Origin: Caldisericia bacterium
GTDB lineage: Bacteria; Caldisericota; Caldisericia; JAAYUI01
Reading direction: 5' to 3'
Assembly (NCBI GenBank): GCA_963674785.1
Contig: OY771555.1
Coordinates: 74,511 to 138,510 of the forward strand
Length of the DNA stretch: 64,000 nucleotides
Position 1 is the stretch's first letter. The number at the start of each line of letters is the position of its first letter. This document shows positions 1-9,695 of the stretch, piece after piece. The position numbers were made by a program, and so were the translations under genes. A model generated the notes under the pieces. It saw only the letters and a program-made list of their open reading frames with translations, was not told the DNA's origin and made no database searches.

Positions 1-1
1 T

Positions 2-823
2 GCTGATTATAAATCAGAAGAGCTTTCCGATGGAAGAGAAAAGATCACGATCAACAACACGGTTTTGGGTGAAAATGTTGTAAGGGATGTTGATGAAACA
101 AGAGTAAAAATCGAAACAGTAGTTAGAACTCAGGAAACACCATCAAAGGTCATTCTCTATATTGTCAAAAAAGATAATGAAAGCATTAGCGTTGGAGAGT
201 TGAAAAACCCTAATCGATTGATCATTCAAATCTATGAGCAGGTAAGACAGGGACTCTCTGGGAAAACAATCATCATTGACCCCGGTCACGGTAACCTCAT
301 TACAAACGGTGCTTATGATCATGGCTGTATAACTGAAAAAGGAATTAAGGAATCTGATGTTTCTTTGAAAATCGCACAGTCTCTTCAAAAAATCCTAAAC
401 GAGAAGGGTGCAACTGTTGTACTGACAAGAAACTCAGCTATAAGCGAAGATGCAACACTCGATAACAGACTCACCCTTGCAAATGGTGGTGGTTCGCACA
501 TGTTCATCTCAATTCACACTGGGTTTTCAAGAGACCCCAAGATGCAAGGCTGCAGGACATTCTTTTATGCACCCCTTGGCGAAAGACTTGCAAATCTTAT
601 TCAACCTGCAATCTCGAAATCCACTGGTTTTACGAACCTAGGAGTTTTCAAAAGAAATTACTACATGTGCAGAAAGATTTCAGGGATTCCTTCTGTGCTT
701 GTTGAACCATTTTTTCTTAGCAACACCCAGGGAGAAAGCTTTTCCGGAAACCAAAAAAACATTGACAATCTGTCAAAAAATATTAGCCAAGCAATAATAG
801 ATTATTTTGAGGAGATACCATGA
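2..823 (+). CDS. N-acetylmuramoyl-L-alanine amidase (Amidase_3 family), 5'-partial. The frame is open to the window edge and the track start at 65 is a TTG.
   Basis: Contains 'TIIIDPGHGN...GAYDHG' and 'GIPSVLVEPFFLSN', which are hallmarks of Zn-dependent MurNAc-LAA amidases. The reading frame has no stop between position 2 and 65. Confidence 0.8.
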   Translation, partial: ADYKSEELSDGREKITINNTVLGENVVRDVDETRVKIETVVRTQETPSKVILYIVKKDNESISVGELKNPNRLIIQIYEQVRQGLSGKTIIIDPGHGNLITNGAYDHGCITEKGIKESDVSLKIAQSLQKILNEKGATVVLTRNSAISEDATLDNRLTLANGGGSHMFISIHTGFSRDPKMQGCRTFFYAPLGERLANLIQPAISKSTGFTNLGVFKRNYYMCRKISGIPSVLVEPFFLSNTQGESFSGNQKNIDNLSKNISQAIIDYFEEIP

Positions 824-1530
824 GAAATGATGGAAGAAATTTTGATGAACTAAGAAACATAGAAGTTTTAACAGACACAATGAAATATGCAGATGGTTCT
901 GCGGAAATCATCTGGGGAAACACCCGGGTTATCTGTACCGCCTCCTGGGAGCCAAAAGTTCCACCATGGATGAAAGGTGAAGGGCAGGGCTGGATTACTG
1001 CAGAATACGGCATGCTTCCACGTTCCTCAGCCCAAAGAATTCAAAGAGATATTAACAGACTCAAGAAAGCCCCAAGGTCTGTTGAGATTCAAAGGCTCAT
1101 CGGGAGAACAATCAGGTCTGTTGTTGACCTTGAAAAAATGGGCGAAAACACAATGACAATTGATTGTGACGTCATCCAGGCAGACGGCGGGACAAGGGTT
1201 GCTTCAATTGTTGGCGGATTCATTGCTATGGTTCAAGCCTTCAGGTCAATAAATGACGGTATGGTTCCCATAAATGATTATCTTGGTGCTGTTTCTCTTG
1301 GTATCATTAATGGTGAGAATCTTCTTGACCTCTGTTATGAAGAGGATTTCAGAGCTGAGGCAGACATGAATTTTATCATGTCTGGCAAAGGTGAGATTGT
1401 AGAGATTCAGGTAACAGCAGAGGAAAAGCCATTTTCTCTCGAAACATTCAACTCACTGGTGAAACTCGCATCAAAAGGAATCATGGAGATTGTTGAGATT
1501 CAAAAGAAGGTTTTGGGGGAGTTGAAGTAA
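820..1530 (+). CDS. rph: Ribonuclease PH
   Basis: 236 aa. 'MRNDGRNFDELRNIEV...GSAEIIWGNTRVICTASWE...CDVIQADGGTRVASI' matches the RNase PH family pattern. The ATGA start overlaps the upstream stop. Confidence 0.9.
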   Translation: MRNDGRNFDELRNIEVLTDTMKYADGSAEIIWGNTRVICTASWEPKVPPWMKGEGQGWITAEYGMLPRSSAQRIQRDINRLKKAPRSVEIQRLIGRTIRSVVDLEKMGENTMTIDCDVIQADGGTRVASIVGGFIAMVQAFRSINDGMVPINDYLGAVSLGIINGENLLDLCYEEDFRAEADMNFIMSGKGEIVEIQVTAEEKPFSLETFNSLVKLASKGIMEIVEIQKKVLGELK

Positions 1531-1605
1531 GATAGAGTCACCAAAAACAAACAAAAGCATCTTCATTGTGTCAAATCCTGTACCCGATTTTGGGAGAAAG
1601 GAATC

Positions 1606-3236
1606 GTGATGGGATTTAAAGGCTTTGCCAAGTCTATAGCTTTTGTTCTTGGATGTTTGATGTTTGTTTCGATAATCGGTTGTGGGAATAGTTATGTCTA
1701 CTCACCAACTCCTGACACGTACAGATGGGTAACCATTAATGGAGAGGATTACAACCCGAACTTGGATACAAATGCACCTATGTTTGAGGAGGGGAAAACA
1801 CCTGATATTATCAGTGATTTTGTTTTTAAAGGTGATACAATTTACTTTCTTATAAGAGAGGAAAACTCAAACAAATTCATCAGATGTGTAAAGTATATCG
1901 ATGGAAAGATACTCAATCTTGATGATACAAAATGGAAATCGAGTCCAACAAAACTATTTTTGTCACCTTTCAATGAAGCAAATGAACCAAGTTCATTTGC
2001 AATCGATTCAAATGGTTTTCCGCACATTGTATGGTCAGATAAACCTGAATATATAAAGACTTTGGATCACAACAAGGATATCTACTATGCGAAATGGGAT
2101 GGACAAGATTGGTACACTATCCAAGGTCAAAAAGTAAACATAGAATCTGATAATGCAAATGTTTCAAGAAATGTTGAGATTTGCTCAACATATTCGCCAA
2201 GAATTGCACTAGGTTCAAAAGATAATCCCCATATTGTTTGGCGTTCGCATAACCGTGAAAATCAATCTGAAGAATATATATATCTAAACTATCTGAAATG
2301 GGGTGGTAAAAACTGGTTAACTTCCGATGGCACCCAATACAAACCACGAAGCAACTCAGACTCAATCGTTGGGAGATTCAGCAATGCTGAAATAAGTGGT
2401 GATTATTTTTCCACATTCCCCATCATTAAGATGGATAAAGATGATAATCCTCACATTTTTGGAACTACAAAAATACAGGTAAGACAGAAGATATTGAATA
2501 CGAGTTTTATGAGAAAATGTATATCAAGTGGACAGATGAGGACGGTTGGGTTTTCAATAATGGGAACCTCTGGGATCCAACTATTCGATTTCTGAATCTC
2601 AATAACAATATCCAATCATTATTTATAACATCAGATTTTTCAATTGACAGTCATGGAGATACTTATCTTGCTTGGCTAGGTTTTTTTGATGAGTACCCAT
2701 CATTTGGCATATTTATAATCAAGAATGTCGATGGTGAATGGAGAACTTTGAATGGTGAAAAATGGGACTCCGCCAATCCAAAGAACGCACTTGTTGAATC
2801 GTTAGGACTTTATTCTGCTGATAGATATTCACTCAAATCATGTGATATTCAGATAAGCGTTGATAGAAATAACAATCTACATTTACTTCTTAGTAATGGT
2901 GAAAGCTCGAATAGAAATATTCAACAATTAGAAAACCCATGTTTGTATTATTTCAAATCTGATGGTGAAAACTGGTATTCAATCGATGGGCAAACAAATG
3001 AATCAAACATGAAGGATTTTGGCTTGATACACAGAGGCTCAATAGAAAAGGGGATGCTACAATCATACCTACTTCTAGATGATCAATATAATCCCCATAT
3101 CATATGGAGGGGAACCAGCATTAAGGAGCTAGATAATTTTAATTATATAAAAGCAATTAAGCATACTAATAACTGGAACCCAATACACCCCAAAAAAAGC
3201 ATTTGCAAAAAACAGTTATTCCTGCTATCTTGGTAA
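1606..3236 (+). pseudogene. W-rich repeat lipoprotein. Two ORFs (1606-2595 and 2517-3236) are joined by a -1 frameshift in a T5 tract at about 2456-2460.
   Basis: The N-terminus has a signal peptide plus lipobox ('SIIGCGNS'). Both ORFs carry the same repeat: 'NPHIVW...EEYIYLNYLKWGGKNW' in the first and 'EYEFYEKMYIKWTDEDGW' in the second. Frame 0 is open from 2448 and continues the repeat exactly where frame 1 loses it. One extra T in the tract would restore 'NPHIFWNYK'. Confidence 0.65.
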
Positions 3237-3257
3237 TTGGGATAGGAGGGGTATGTT

Positions 3258-3767
3258 ATGAAGATCAGTATCTTTGAACATATGAAAAGATGTAGGATTT
3301 GTGGGGAGAAGTCTAGCTACACTGTTTGTCAAAATTATGCATCGGAAACAGAGCTTCAACTCATGAGGGAGATTGAGTCAATCAACAAGAAGATTTCGGA
3401 AAATACTAAGAGACTTTTTAAGTGTAAGCTTAAATTACCAAAACTAAATCCGTATTTTATCATGGCATTTTTGCTTCTATGGTTATTCTTCACACACTCG
3501 TTCCTTTTTGCGAAATTCGTCCATGAGCCAATTGTAATGATTTTTATTGCAGCATTGTCAATTCTATTTTTGATTTTTTCAGTCTATTTCTGGATTTTCT
3601 TTCCGATGGACAACATCAAAAACGGTGTCGAGTTCATGGACGCAAAACATCAAAATCTCATCCTCAAAAGACACAGAAAATACTACCTAAAGATGCTCAA
3701 AAAAACACCTGAGAGCTGGACAAAACTCGACCTAATGAAGATAAAGTTTGAGACACTTGAGGCTTAG
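3258..3767 (+). CDS. Small membrane protein with N-terminal zinc ribbon (CxxC-x13-CxxC) plus 2 TM helices (paralogue 1)
   Basis: 'CRICGEKSSYTVCQNY', then a coiled segment, then two hydrophobic helices, then a short C-terminal domain. It has the same architecture as the adjacent gene. Confidence 0.6.
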   Translation: MKISIFEHMKRCRICGEKSSYTVCQNYASETELQLMREIESINKKISENTKRLFKCKLKLPKLNPYFIMAFLLLWLFFTHSFLFAKFVHEPIVMIFIAALSILFLIFSVYFWIFFPMDNIKNGVEFMDAKHQNLILKRHRKYYLKMLKKTPESWTKLDLMKIKFETLEA

Positions 3768-3773
3768 GGGAGG

Positions 3774-4286
3774 ATGAACATGAAGTGTAGAAAATGTAAT
3801 GAACAATCACCGTTTCCAGTTTGCCCAGAGTGTGCAAACGATCAGGAACTTGAAATAATAGAAACAATTGTCAAAATCGATGAAACCATAAGGGTCGACC
3901 GTGATCGAAAAAAGGTTCTGTTCGAGTATGTGTTCCCACTAACAAAACCAATGATCATTGCATTTATTCTCTTCGCATTAAGCATCATTACTTCGAATTA
4001 TCTAAACTCAGCCATTCTTCCAATTGTTTCAATGGTTTTAGCTGTTTCACTTTTTATTTACTCTTGGATAATCCATCTTCCGCTCAAGTCTGAAGCGATT
4101 GAAGACTACAGAGACATGAAAATCAGAATTGACCAACTCAAAAAAAGGAAAGAGTTTTTGCTTGATCTTCTAAAGAACTCGCCTGAAAAATGGTCGGAAG
4201 CTGAGCTTCAGGTTGTCAGAAGTAACATTTTTGCAGACGGTGAGGGAGGATATGATTATGATCCGATCGAGGTTTATTTGAGGTAG
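3774..4286 (+). CDS. Small membrane protein with N-terminal zinc ribbon plus 2 TM helices (paralogue 2)
   Basis: 'CRKCNEQSPFPVCPEC', then two TM helices, then a C-terminal 'SPEKWSEAELQ' that parallels 'TPESWTKLDLM' in paralogue 1. An RBS-like 'gggaggatga' lies upstream. Confidence 0.6.
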   Translation: MNMKCRKCNEQSPFPVCPECANDQELEIIETIVKIDETIRVDRDRKKVLFEYVFPLTKPMIIAFILFALSIITSNYLNSAILPIVSMVLAVSLFIYSWIIHLPLKSEAIEDYRDMKIRIDQLKKRKEFLLDLLKNSPEKWSEAELQVVRSNIFADGEGGYDYDPIEVYLR

Positions 4287-4295
4287 CTGAAGAAT

Positions 4296-5975
4296 CTATT
4301 CAGTTTTTTTCGCTATTTCTGTCAGCAATCCTTTCGAAATATCAAACTCATAATCATAAAACTTCTCGATTACCTTATCTCCTGGTATGATCATTTTCGC
4401 ATGAATAAGGATTATGTCTTTATCATCGGTATAATCCCATTCAGTGATATAGTAATTATCCCTAAATGGTGTGGTTATCTCATAATACGGCTCATCAACC
4501 CCTGGTTTGAAAAGTCTGAATCTGTTATCTGGCATAAACGGCATACAGAGGATTCCATGTTTGCTGAAGCAATAGAAATCAGGGAAGAAGTGTTTTCTAC
4601 AGTCGCCCGATAATTGATACATCGCTTGGATATAGTAGCTGTACGGCTCAAACATCTCTGATTTCATGTTATAAATATCGATCCTATGGTGATATTCACC
4701 ATTTCGAATCTCTGGAATCAAATGATATCTGAAATCACCAATCTCCTGATAGCTCATGACATCATCGGTTTTCATTTTCCAAATGTACTTGAACGTTTTC
4801 ACATCAAAAGCTTCCAAGTAACCACCGTGCATGTAAATCATTACTCCATTATCTCTAATACTTGGAACCCGCCCATTACCGGCACCCATATTTTCTTCAA
4901 ACTCATAAATTATTTTGTCTCTTGTGATATCAACCAAATACGCTTTGTAACCAGTGATAACAAGCAAAATATCATCGAGAATATCTTTAAATGCAAATTC
5001 AATACTACTGCCCAAATCTCCATTGAAATTATGAAGACTGATGACAAAGAACTCTGATTCGCCAGTTTCAATATTGAATTTATCTATCTCGCATTTTTTC
5101 CCGGTATTGAATTTATCAGGTTCATAATCAATCACTTTCATGAAATAAAATAGATTTCCCCGTGAAAGCGTTGTGAAAAATTCCCGACTGGAAAGCCCTT
5201 CAAGTGAAAACTCTTTCACAACTTTCCAATCACTTGTCTTGATAAATGTCATTTTTTGAACAGGTGACTTCCAACTCATGAAAATAAAAAAGTGGTCACT
5301 AAAACCGTAAAGCTTCCCATACTCCCCAGGGACATCACAAACAATTTTTCCATTCCTCACATCTACAATCTGTTTAAACCCATTTTCATGAGAATTCCCC
5401 AAAAGGATATAGTTCTCCCTGATTTTTCTAGAATATATCTTATCACTTGATTTCACTTCCTCATCAACTTCAATCTCCCATTTGACAGAGCAATCATCAA
5501 GATAATAAGCAACCAACTTTTTATCATCATTGTCTACTTCAACCAAAAAAGGTCTTTTGTCCCAGAAAAGCATTCCGGCATCTTCACAAAAATTGTAGTC
5601 TGTTCTTTTTCCGTCAAAACCAATATGAACAATGATTCTGTTACCCTCATCATCAATCGGATATTTTGAGAAAACCACACCATCTTCAACAATCATTGGT
5701 GACCAATAATTATTCTGCTCGCTTAATTTTGGTAATTCACAATCAAGAAGAATTTCCGCTGTTTCTGCATCCCGCAAGTGAAATCTGCCCTTATCGAGAA
5801 TGTAGAATGATAGATATGGGTCGTGAGAAGAAAGGTTATCACCGGCAGGTGAGGGATAATAAAACTCCGATACCCCTTTTTGAAATTTCCATCTGCCCTC
5901 TTTTGCCCTGCTGACCCCAGCCACACCAAGTAGAAGCACCATCACCAGAAATATTGCAATATATCTTCTTTTCAT
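4296..5975 (-). CDS. Secreted hypothetical protein (559 aa)
   Basis: Long ORF with an N-terminal signal peptide 'MKRRYIAIFLVMVLLLGVAGVSRA'. I recognised no catalytic motif. Confidence 0.55.
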   Translation of the reverse strand: MKRRYIAIFLVMVLLLGVAGVSRAKEGRWKFQKGVSEFYYPSPAGDNLSSHDPYLSFYILDKGRFHLRDAETAEILLDCELPKLSEQNNYWSPMIVEDGVVFSKYPIDDEGNRIIVHIGFDGKRTDYNFCEDAGMLFWDKRPFLVEVDNDDKKLVAYYLDDCSVKWEIEVDEEVKSSDKIYSRKIRENYILLGNSHENGFKQIVDVRNGKIVCDVPGEYGKLYGFSDHFFIFMSWKSPVQKMTFIKTSDWKVVKEFSLEGLSSREFFTTLSRGNLFYFMKVIDYEPDKFNTGKKCEIDKFNIETGESEFFVISLHNFNGDLGSSIEFAFKDILDDILLVITGYKAYLVDITRDKIIYEFEENMGAGNGRVPSIRDNGVMIYMHGGYLEAFDVKTFKYIWKMKTDDVMSYQEIGDFRYHLIPEIRNGEYHHRIDIYNMKSEMFEPYSYYIQAMYQLSGDCRKHFFPDFYCFSKHGILCMPFMPDNRFRLFKPGVDEPYYEITTPFRDNYYITEWDYTDDKDIILIHAKMIIPGDKVIEKFYDYEFDISKGLLTEIAKKTE

Positions 5976-6034
5976 AACTCACCCCATTTGTTTCTACTAT
6001 CTAATACTCGGTCGGGGTGGAAAATGTTGAGTGA

Positions 6035-7039
6035 TTATTTTTGGAGGGAGATGATTTCTTTTACTTTTTCTGGATTCTCTTTGACCCAAAAATACTTTCG
6101 TGTTTTCGATGTTATTGAAACCTTATAAGCATCTGCACCTTCATATTTTGAATTCTTATCCGAGTATTCTAAAAAATCCCATTGCCACAATTGTGATATT
6201 GGAATCCTATTTTTTTCATTTGTAATTTCTTCAAGATCAAAATATTCAAAAAAACCTTTCTTTTCTTTTTGTAAACGTATAAAGTAGCTATCTTGTTTAT
6301 CAAAATTAAATCTGTAGTTGCTGTCATCTTTTAAGATAAATGTTGGAATATTCCAAATTAGTTTCAATAACCCCCAATCAAATTCATCGAAGTTTTTGCT
6401 ATCCTCATAGATTTCTTTTATTTCAGTTATAAACAAGTCTTTATCGCTACTTCTTAAATGCCTGAGTAATTGTTTACCTTCTTCAAGGATTACACAAAAC
6501 TCTCCTTGAGTTGGATCGGTATCAAATCCCAAACAATTGTTATTCTTTAGCCCGTTAATAAGAGATGACCCGATTTTTTGTAGGTCAAAAAAAATTGAAT
6601 ATTCTCCAGATTGACCAAACCCTCCTCCATCTGCACCACTTTGACTATAGTAAAGCTTAGGAAACAAATCGATTGCTGATAAGAACATTCTATGTTCACT
6701 TCCAAGATTAGTAAGAAGTTTCATTAAATTTGTTTTTTTACCGCTTTCAGGCGTAAGAATAGTTGGATTATTGCTCGCAAGAGTCATCGCAATCTCATTG
6801 CTCCCCTGTAATGCAACAGCAAGTTGTTCATTAACAGATTTAGTTATTAACCCATCTATTCCCTCAAGCTTCTTGTCAAGTTTTAGATATGATGCTTCTG
6901 CTTTTTCAGATTCTCTATTGGCAATTCTTATCGATTTGTAAGCCAAATAAATGGACACTAATCCTAAAACAATCCCAACAACACTTCCAATACTTTGAAG
7001 GTTCTCTAGAAACCAAACCCAAGCAACTTTTATCCACAT
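6035..7039 (-). CDS. Membrane-anchored hypothetical protein. The track ORF extends to 7087; the likely start is the Met of 'MWIKVAWVW'.
   Basis: One N-terminal TM helix, then a roughly 300 aa K/N/F/Y-rich domain ('SGADGGGFGQSGEY', 'GFDTDPTQGEF'). It is AT-rich relative to its neighbours. Confidence 0.5.
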   Translation of the reverse strand: MWIKVAWVWFLENLQSIGSVVGIVLGLVSIYLAYKSIRIANRESEKAEASYLKLDKKLEGIDGLITKSVNEQLAVALQGSNEIAMTLASNNPTILTPESGKKTNLMKLLTNLGSEHRMFLSAIDLFPKLYYSQSGADGGGFGQSGEYSIFFDLQKIGSSLINGLKNNNCLGFDTDPTQGEFCVILEEGKQLLRHLRSSDKDLFITEIKEIYEDSKNFDEFDWGLLKLIWNIPTFILKDDSNYRFNFDKQDSYFIRLQKEKKGFFEYFDLEEITNEKNRIPISQLWQWDFLEYSDKNSKYEGADAYKVSITSKTRKYFWVKENPEKVKEIISLQK

Positions 7040-7102
7040 TACTCTCAACTCCCAAACACTTGGTGGCTGATTTTCACCAGCCACCAAAACAATTATCTAA
7101 AT

Positions 7103-7387
7103 CTATCCCAACTTAAACATCACACCATAACCACCTCTGGGGAAGTTCCATGTGATGTTGCTATATGGGCAACCGATGCGGCAGCTGCCACATTCAAGGC
7201 ACCCTTCATACACGACATCGATGTGGTCTTCTTCCCAGATATAGACCTTTGCCGGGCAGAAGATGGTGCAGGGTTGACCATGCTCCTCCATGCATTTTTT
7301 GCAGATTGACTGGTCTGCAATTTTGAGATGTGGAGTTTCATCAACTTTGAATCGGGTGGTGTACAGTTTGTCTTCAATTTTGCTCAT
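7103..7387 (-). CDS. fixX: Ferredoxin-like protein FixX. The likely start is 'MSKIEDKLY'; the ATGA overlaps the fixC stop.
   Basis: 'CTIFCPAKVY...GCLECGSCRIGCP' is a typical FixX cysteine pattern. Confidence 0.85.
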   Translation of the reverse strand: MSKIEDKLYTTRFKVDETPHLKIADQSICKKCMEEHGQPCTIFCPAKVYIWEEDHIDVVYEGCLECGSCRIGCPYSNITWNFPRGGYGVMFKLG

Positions 7388-8688
7388 CTTACAGCCCTCC
7401 ATCCTCTCCATGCAATCTTAAGGAGTTTCATGAGTCCCACTTTTTTCTTGAAGTTCTTTTTGATTTTTGCCTGTTTTTCACGTTTTGTTTTGCCATCGAC
7501 AGTTAACATCTCTTCAACTGTTTCACCAAGGAACTCTGGCACCTCATTGAATACTTCTTTATTTTTATAAAGGAAATGACCAAAGTTTTTATACTTTTTC
7601 ATGTCTTTCCCAACAAAACTCTTCATGACATTGTCACTGTATTCTTTGAGAATTTTTTCTGAGGTGTCTCCCGCTTTGATTGCTTTAATGGCCATTTCAC
7701 CTGCCATTCGACCTGTTGCTTGGGCGAGGTTTGTTCCTTCACGATGAAGGGTATTGAAAAGCATCGCAGTATCACCAGCAAGCACATATCCATCACCATA
7801 GAGTTTTGGAATTGTATCCCAGCCACCCTCTGGTAACCAGTGGGCGGTGTATTCTTTAAGTGTTCCTCCCTCGATGAATGGTGCGATGAAGGGGTGTTTT
7901 TTGAATTTATCCATCAGTTCATATGGGGTGTTTTTGTTAACCATCCATTGCTTCAGGTTTGCACCAAGACCAAGCGAAACTGTGTCTTTGTTTGTGTACA
8001 TGATGCAGATTCCATCCATACCATCAACCTGACTGCCAAGAATTTCAAACGTGACACCCTCACCAGATTTTACAGAGAATCGTTTATTTACTTCCTCTTC
8101 ACCAATCTGGATGTTTTCCTTCACTGAAAGGGCAACATTTTCTGGTTTGACCTCAGGTCTGATGCCAGCTCTAACTGTTAGTGGTGATTGGATACCATCT
8201 GCAAAAACCACCATTTTGCCAAAAACATCACCGTCTGGTCTTCCTGTTCTGACACCAATTACTTTTCCAGTGTTGTCTCTTAAAACCTCTTCAACACAGG
8301 TGTTACAGATAACAAGTGCTCCAGCTTCCTGGGCTTTTTTTGCATACCATCTGTCGAATTTTGCACGGTGAACAGAGAGAACATTTGGAGTATCTCCTGC
8401 AAACTTGCCGGTTTTATATCCCATCTGGAAAGCGCCATCATCATTCATGAGAACAATTCTTGAATCAGTGATTTGTCTTTCAATTGGGATTCTTTTTTCT
8501 TTCCAGAATTCAGGGACAATTTTTGCAATCTCGCTTGCATAAACCACCCCCCCAAAGACACTCTTTGAACCTGGAAACTCACCTCGCTCCAGAACGATTG
8601 TTTTTATCCCTGCACGGGCTGCAACAATTGCTGCACTGATTCCAGCGGGACCTGCACCAACAATTATCAGATCAAATTTTTCTTCCAT
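7384..8688 (-). CDS. fixC: FAD-dependent oxidoreductase FixC (ETF-quinone oxidoreductase-like)
   Basis: N-terminal 'DLIIVGAGPAGISAAIVAARAGIKTIVLERGEFPGSKSVFGGVVY' is a Rossmann FAD-binding motif. The protein is 434 aa. Confidence 0.85.
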   Translation of the reverse strand: MEEKFDLIIVGAGPAGISAAIVAARAGIKTIVLERGEFPGSKSVFGGVVYASEIAKIVPEFWKEKRIPIERQITDSRIVLMNDDGAFQMGYKTGKFAGDTPNVLSVHRAKFDRWYAKKAQEAGALVICNTCVEEVLRDNTGKVIGVRTGRPDGDVFGKMVVFADGIQSPLTVRAGIRPEVKPENVALSVKENIQIGEEEVNKRFSVKSGEGVTFEILGSQVDGMDGICIMYTNKDTVSLGLGANLKQWMVNKNTPYELMDKFKKHPFIAPFIEGGTLKEYTAHWLPEGGWDTIPKLYGDGYVLAGDTAMLFNTLHREGTNLAQATGRMAGEMAIKAIKAGDTSEKILKEYSDNVMKSFVGKDMKKYKNFGHFLYKNKEVFNEVPEFLGETVEEMLTVDGKTKREKQAKIKKNFKKKVGLMKLLKIAWRGWRAVR

Positions 8689-9695
8689 CAGTTCACCCTC
8701 TTTTCCAAATCAGAGATAAGCTCTGGCAAGGCATCCTGCCACCTTTTGACGATACCGACAGTTGATACTTTGAAAATTGGGGCATTGGGGTCATTGTTGA
8801 TTGAGATGATGACATCAGAGTTTTGCATGCCAACAAGATGCTGAATGGCTCCGCTTATACCAACTGCAATGAAGACTCTTGGTACAACTGTTTTTCCAGT
8901 TTGCCCAACCTGACGCTCAACAGGCAGAAGACCGGCTTCAACCATTGGTCTTGAGCCTGCGACCTCACCACCAAGAAGGTCTGCCAGTTTTTTGAGCTGT
9001 TCAAATCCTTCCTGGCTGTTGACACCTTTTCCACCTGCAACAATTATTTTTGCATGTTCAATTTCAACTGCACCCGCTTTATCTGGGATAAATTCGAGAA
9101 CCTTTACTGTTATATCCTTTGGGTCAACTGGAACAGAAACATCAATTACTTCACCTTTTCTTGCTGGGTCTGGATTTCCTTTTTTCATGACCTTTGGTCT
9201 GACAGTTGACATCTGGGGTTGTCCCTTTTGGCAAAAGATTGTTGCCATGATATTTCCACCAAATGTTGGTCTTGTTGAAAGAAGCTTGAAGGTTTTATCA
9301 TCAATATCAAGACCTGTGCAATCGGCAGTGAGTCCTGCCTGAAGGACTGTTCCAACAGCTCCTGAAAGATCACGACCAAGTGGAGTAGCACCTATCAAAA
9401 CAATTGTTGGTTTGTATTTTTTTACAACTTCGCAAAAAGCGTTGTTGTACGTTCTTGTTACATATGTTTTATATGCTGGATCATCAACAACATAAACAGT
9501 GTCTGCTCCATACTCTATGGCTTCCTTTGCAAACTGTTTTACGTTGTCACCAATGATTAAGGCACTAACTTTTTGACCAAGTTTTCCAGCGAGCCTTGTT
9601 GCCTGACCTAAAAGCTCCCAGCCAACCTCCTGAGGTTTTCCGTCTGAAACTTCGATAAAAACAAGCACATCTTTCCACTCAGTATTCTCAGCCAT
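8688..9695 (-). CDS. fixB: Electron transfer flavoprotein alpha subunit (FixB/EtfA)
   Basis: C-terminal 'VFIAVGISGAIQHLVGMQNSDVIISINNDPNAPIF' is the ETF-alpha FAD-binding signature. Confidence 0.9.
   Translation of the reverse strand: MAENTEWKDVLVFIEVSDGKPQEVGWELLGQATRLAGKLGQKVSALIIGDNVKQFAKEAIEYGADTVYVVDDPAYKTYVTRTYNNAFCEVVKKYKPTIVLIGATPLGRDLSGAVGTVLQAGLTADCTGLDIDDKTFKLLSTRPTFGGNIMATIFCQKGQPQMSTVRPKVMKKGNPDPARKGEVIDVSVPVDPKDITVKVLEFIPDKAGAVEIEHAKIIVAGGKGVNSQEGFEQLKKLADLLGGEVAGSRPMVEAGLLPVERQVGQTGKTVVPRVFIAVGISGAIQHLVGMQNSDVIISINNDPNAPIFKVSTVGIVKRWQDALPELISDLEKRVN

Noticed and set aside
1606-3236. Treating 1606-2595 and 2517-3236 as two independent genes
   Set aside because: The second ORF lacks its own signal peptide or RBS, and its frame is open for 70 nt upstream of the track's Met. 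The same repeat motif continues across the junction when one T is added at 2456-2460, so a single disrupted gene is the better explanation.
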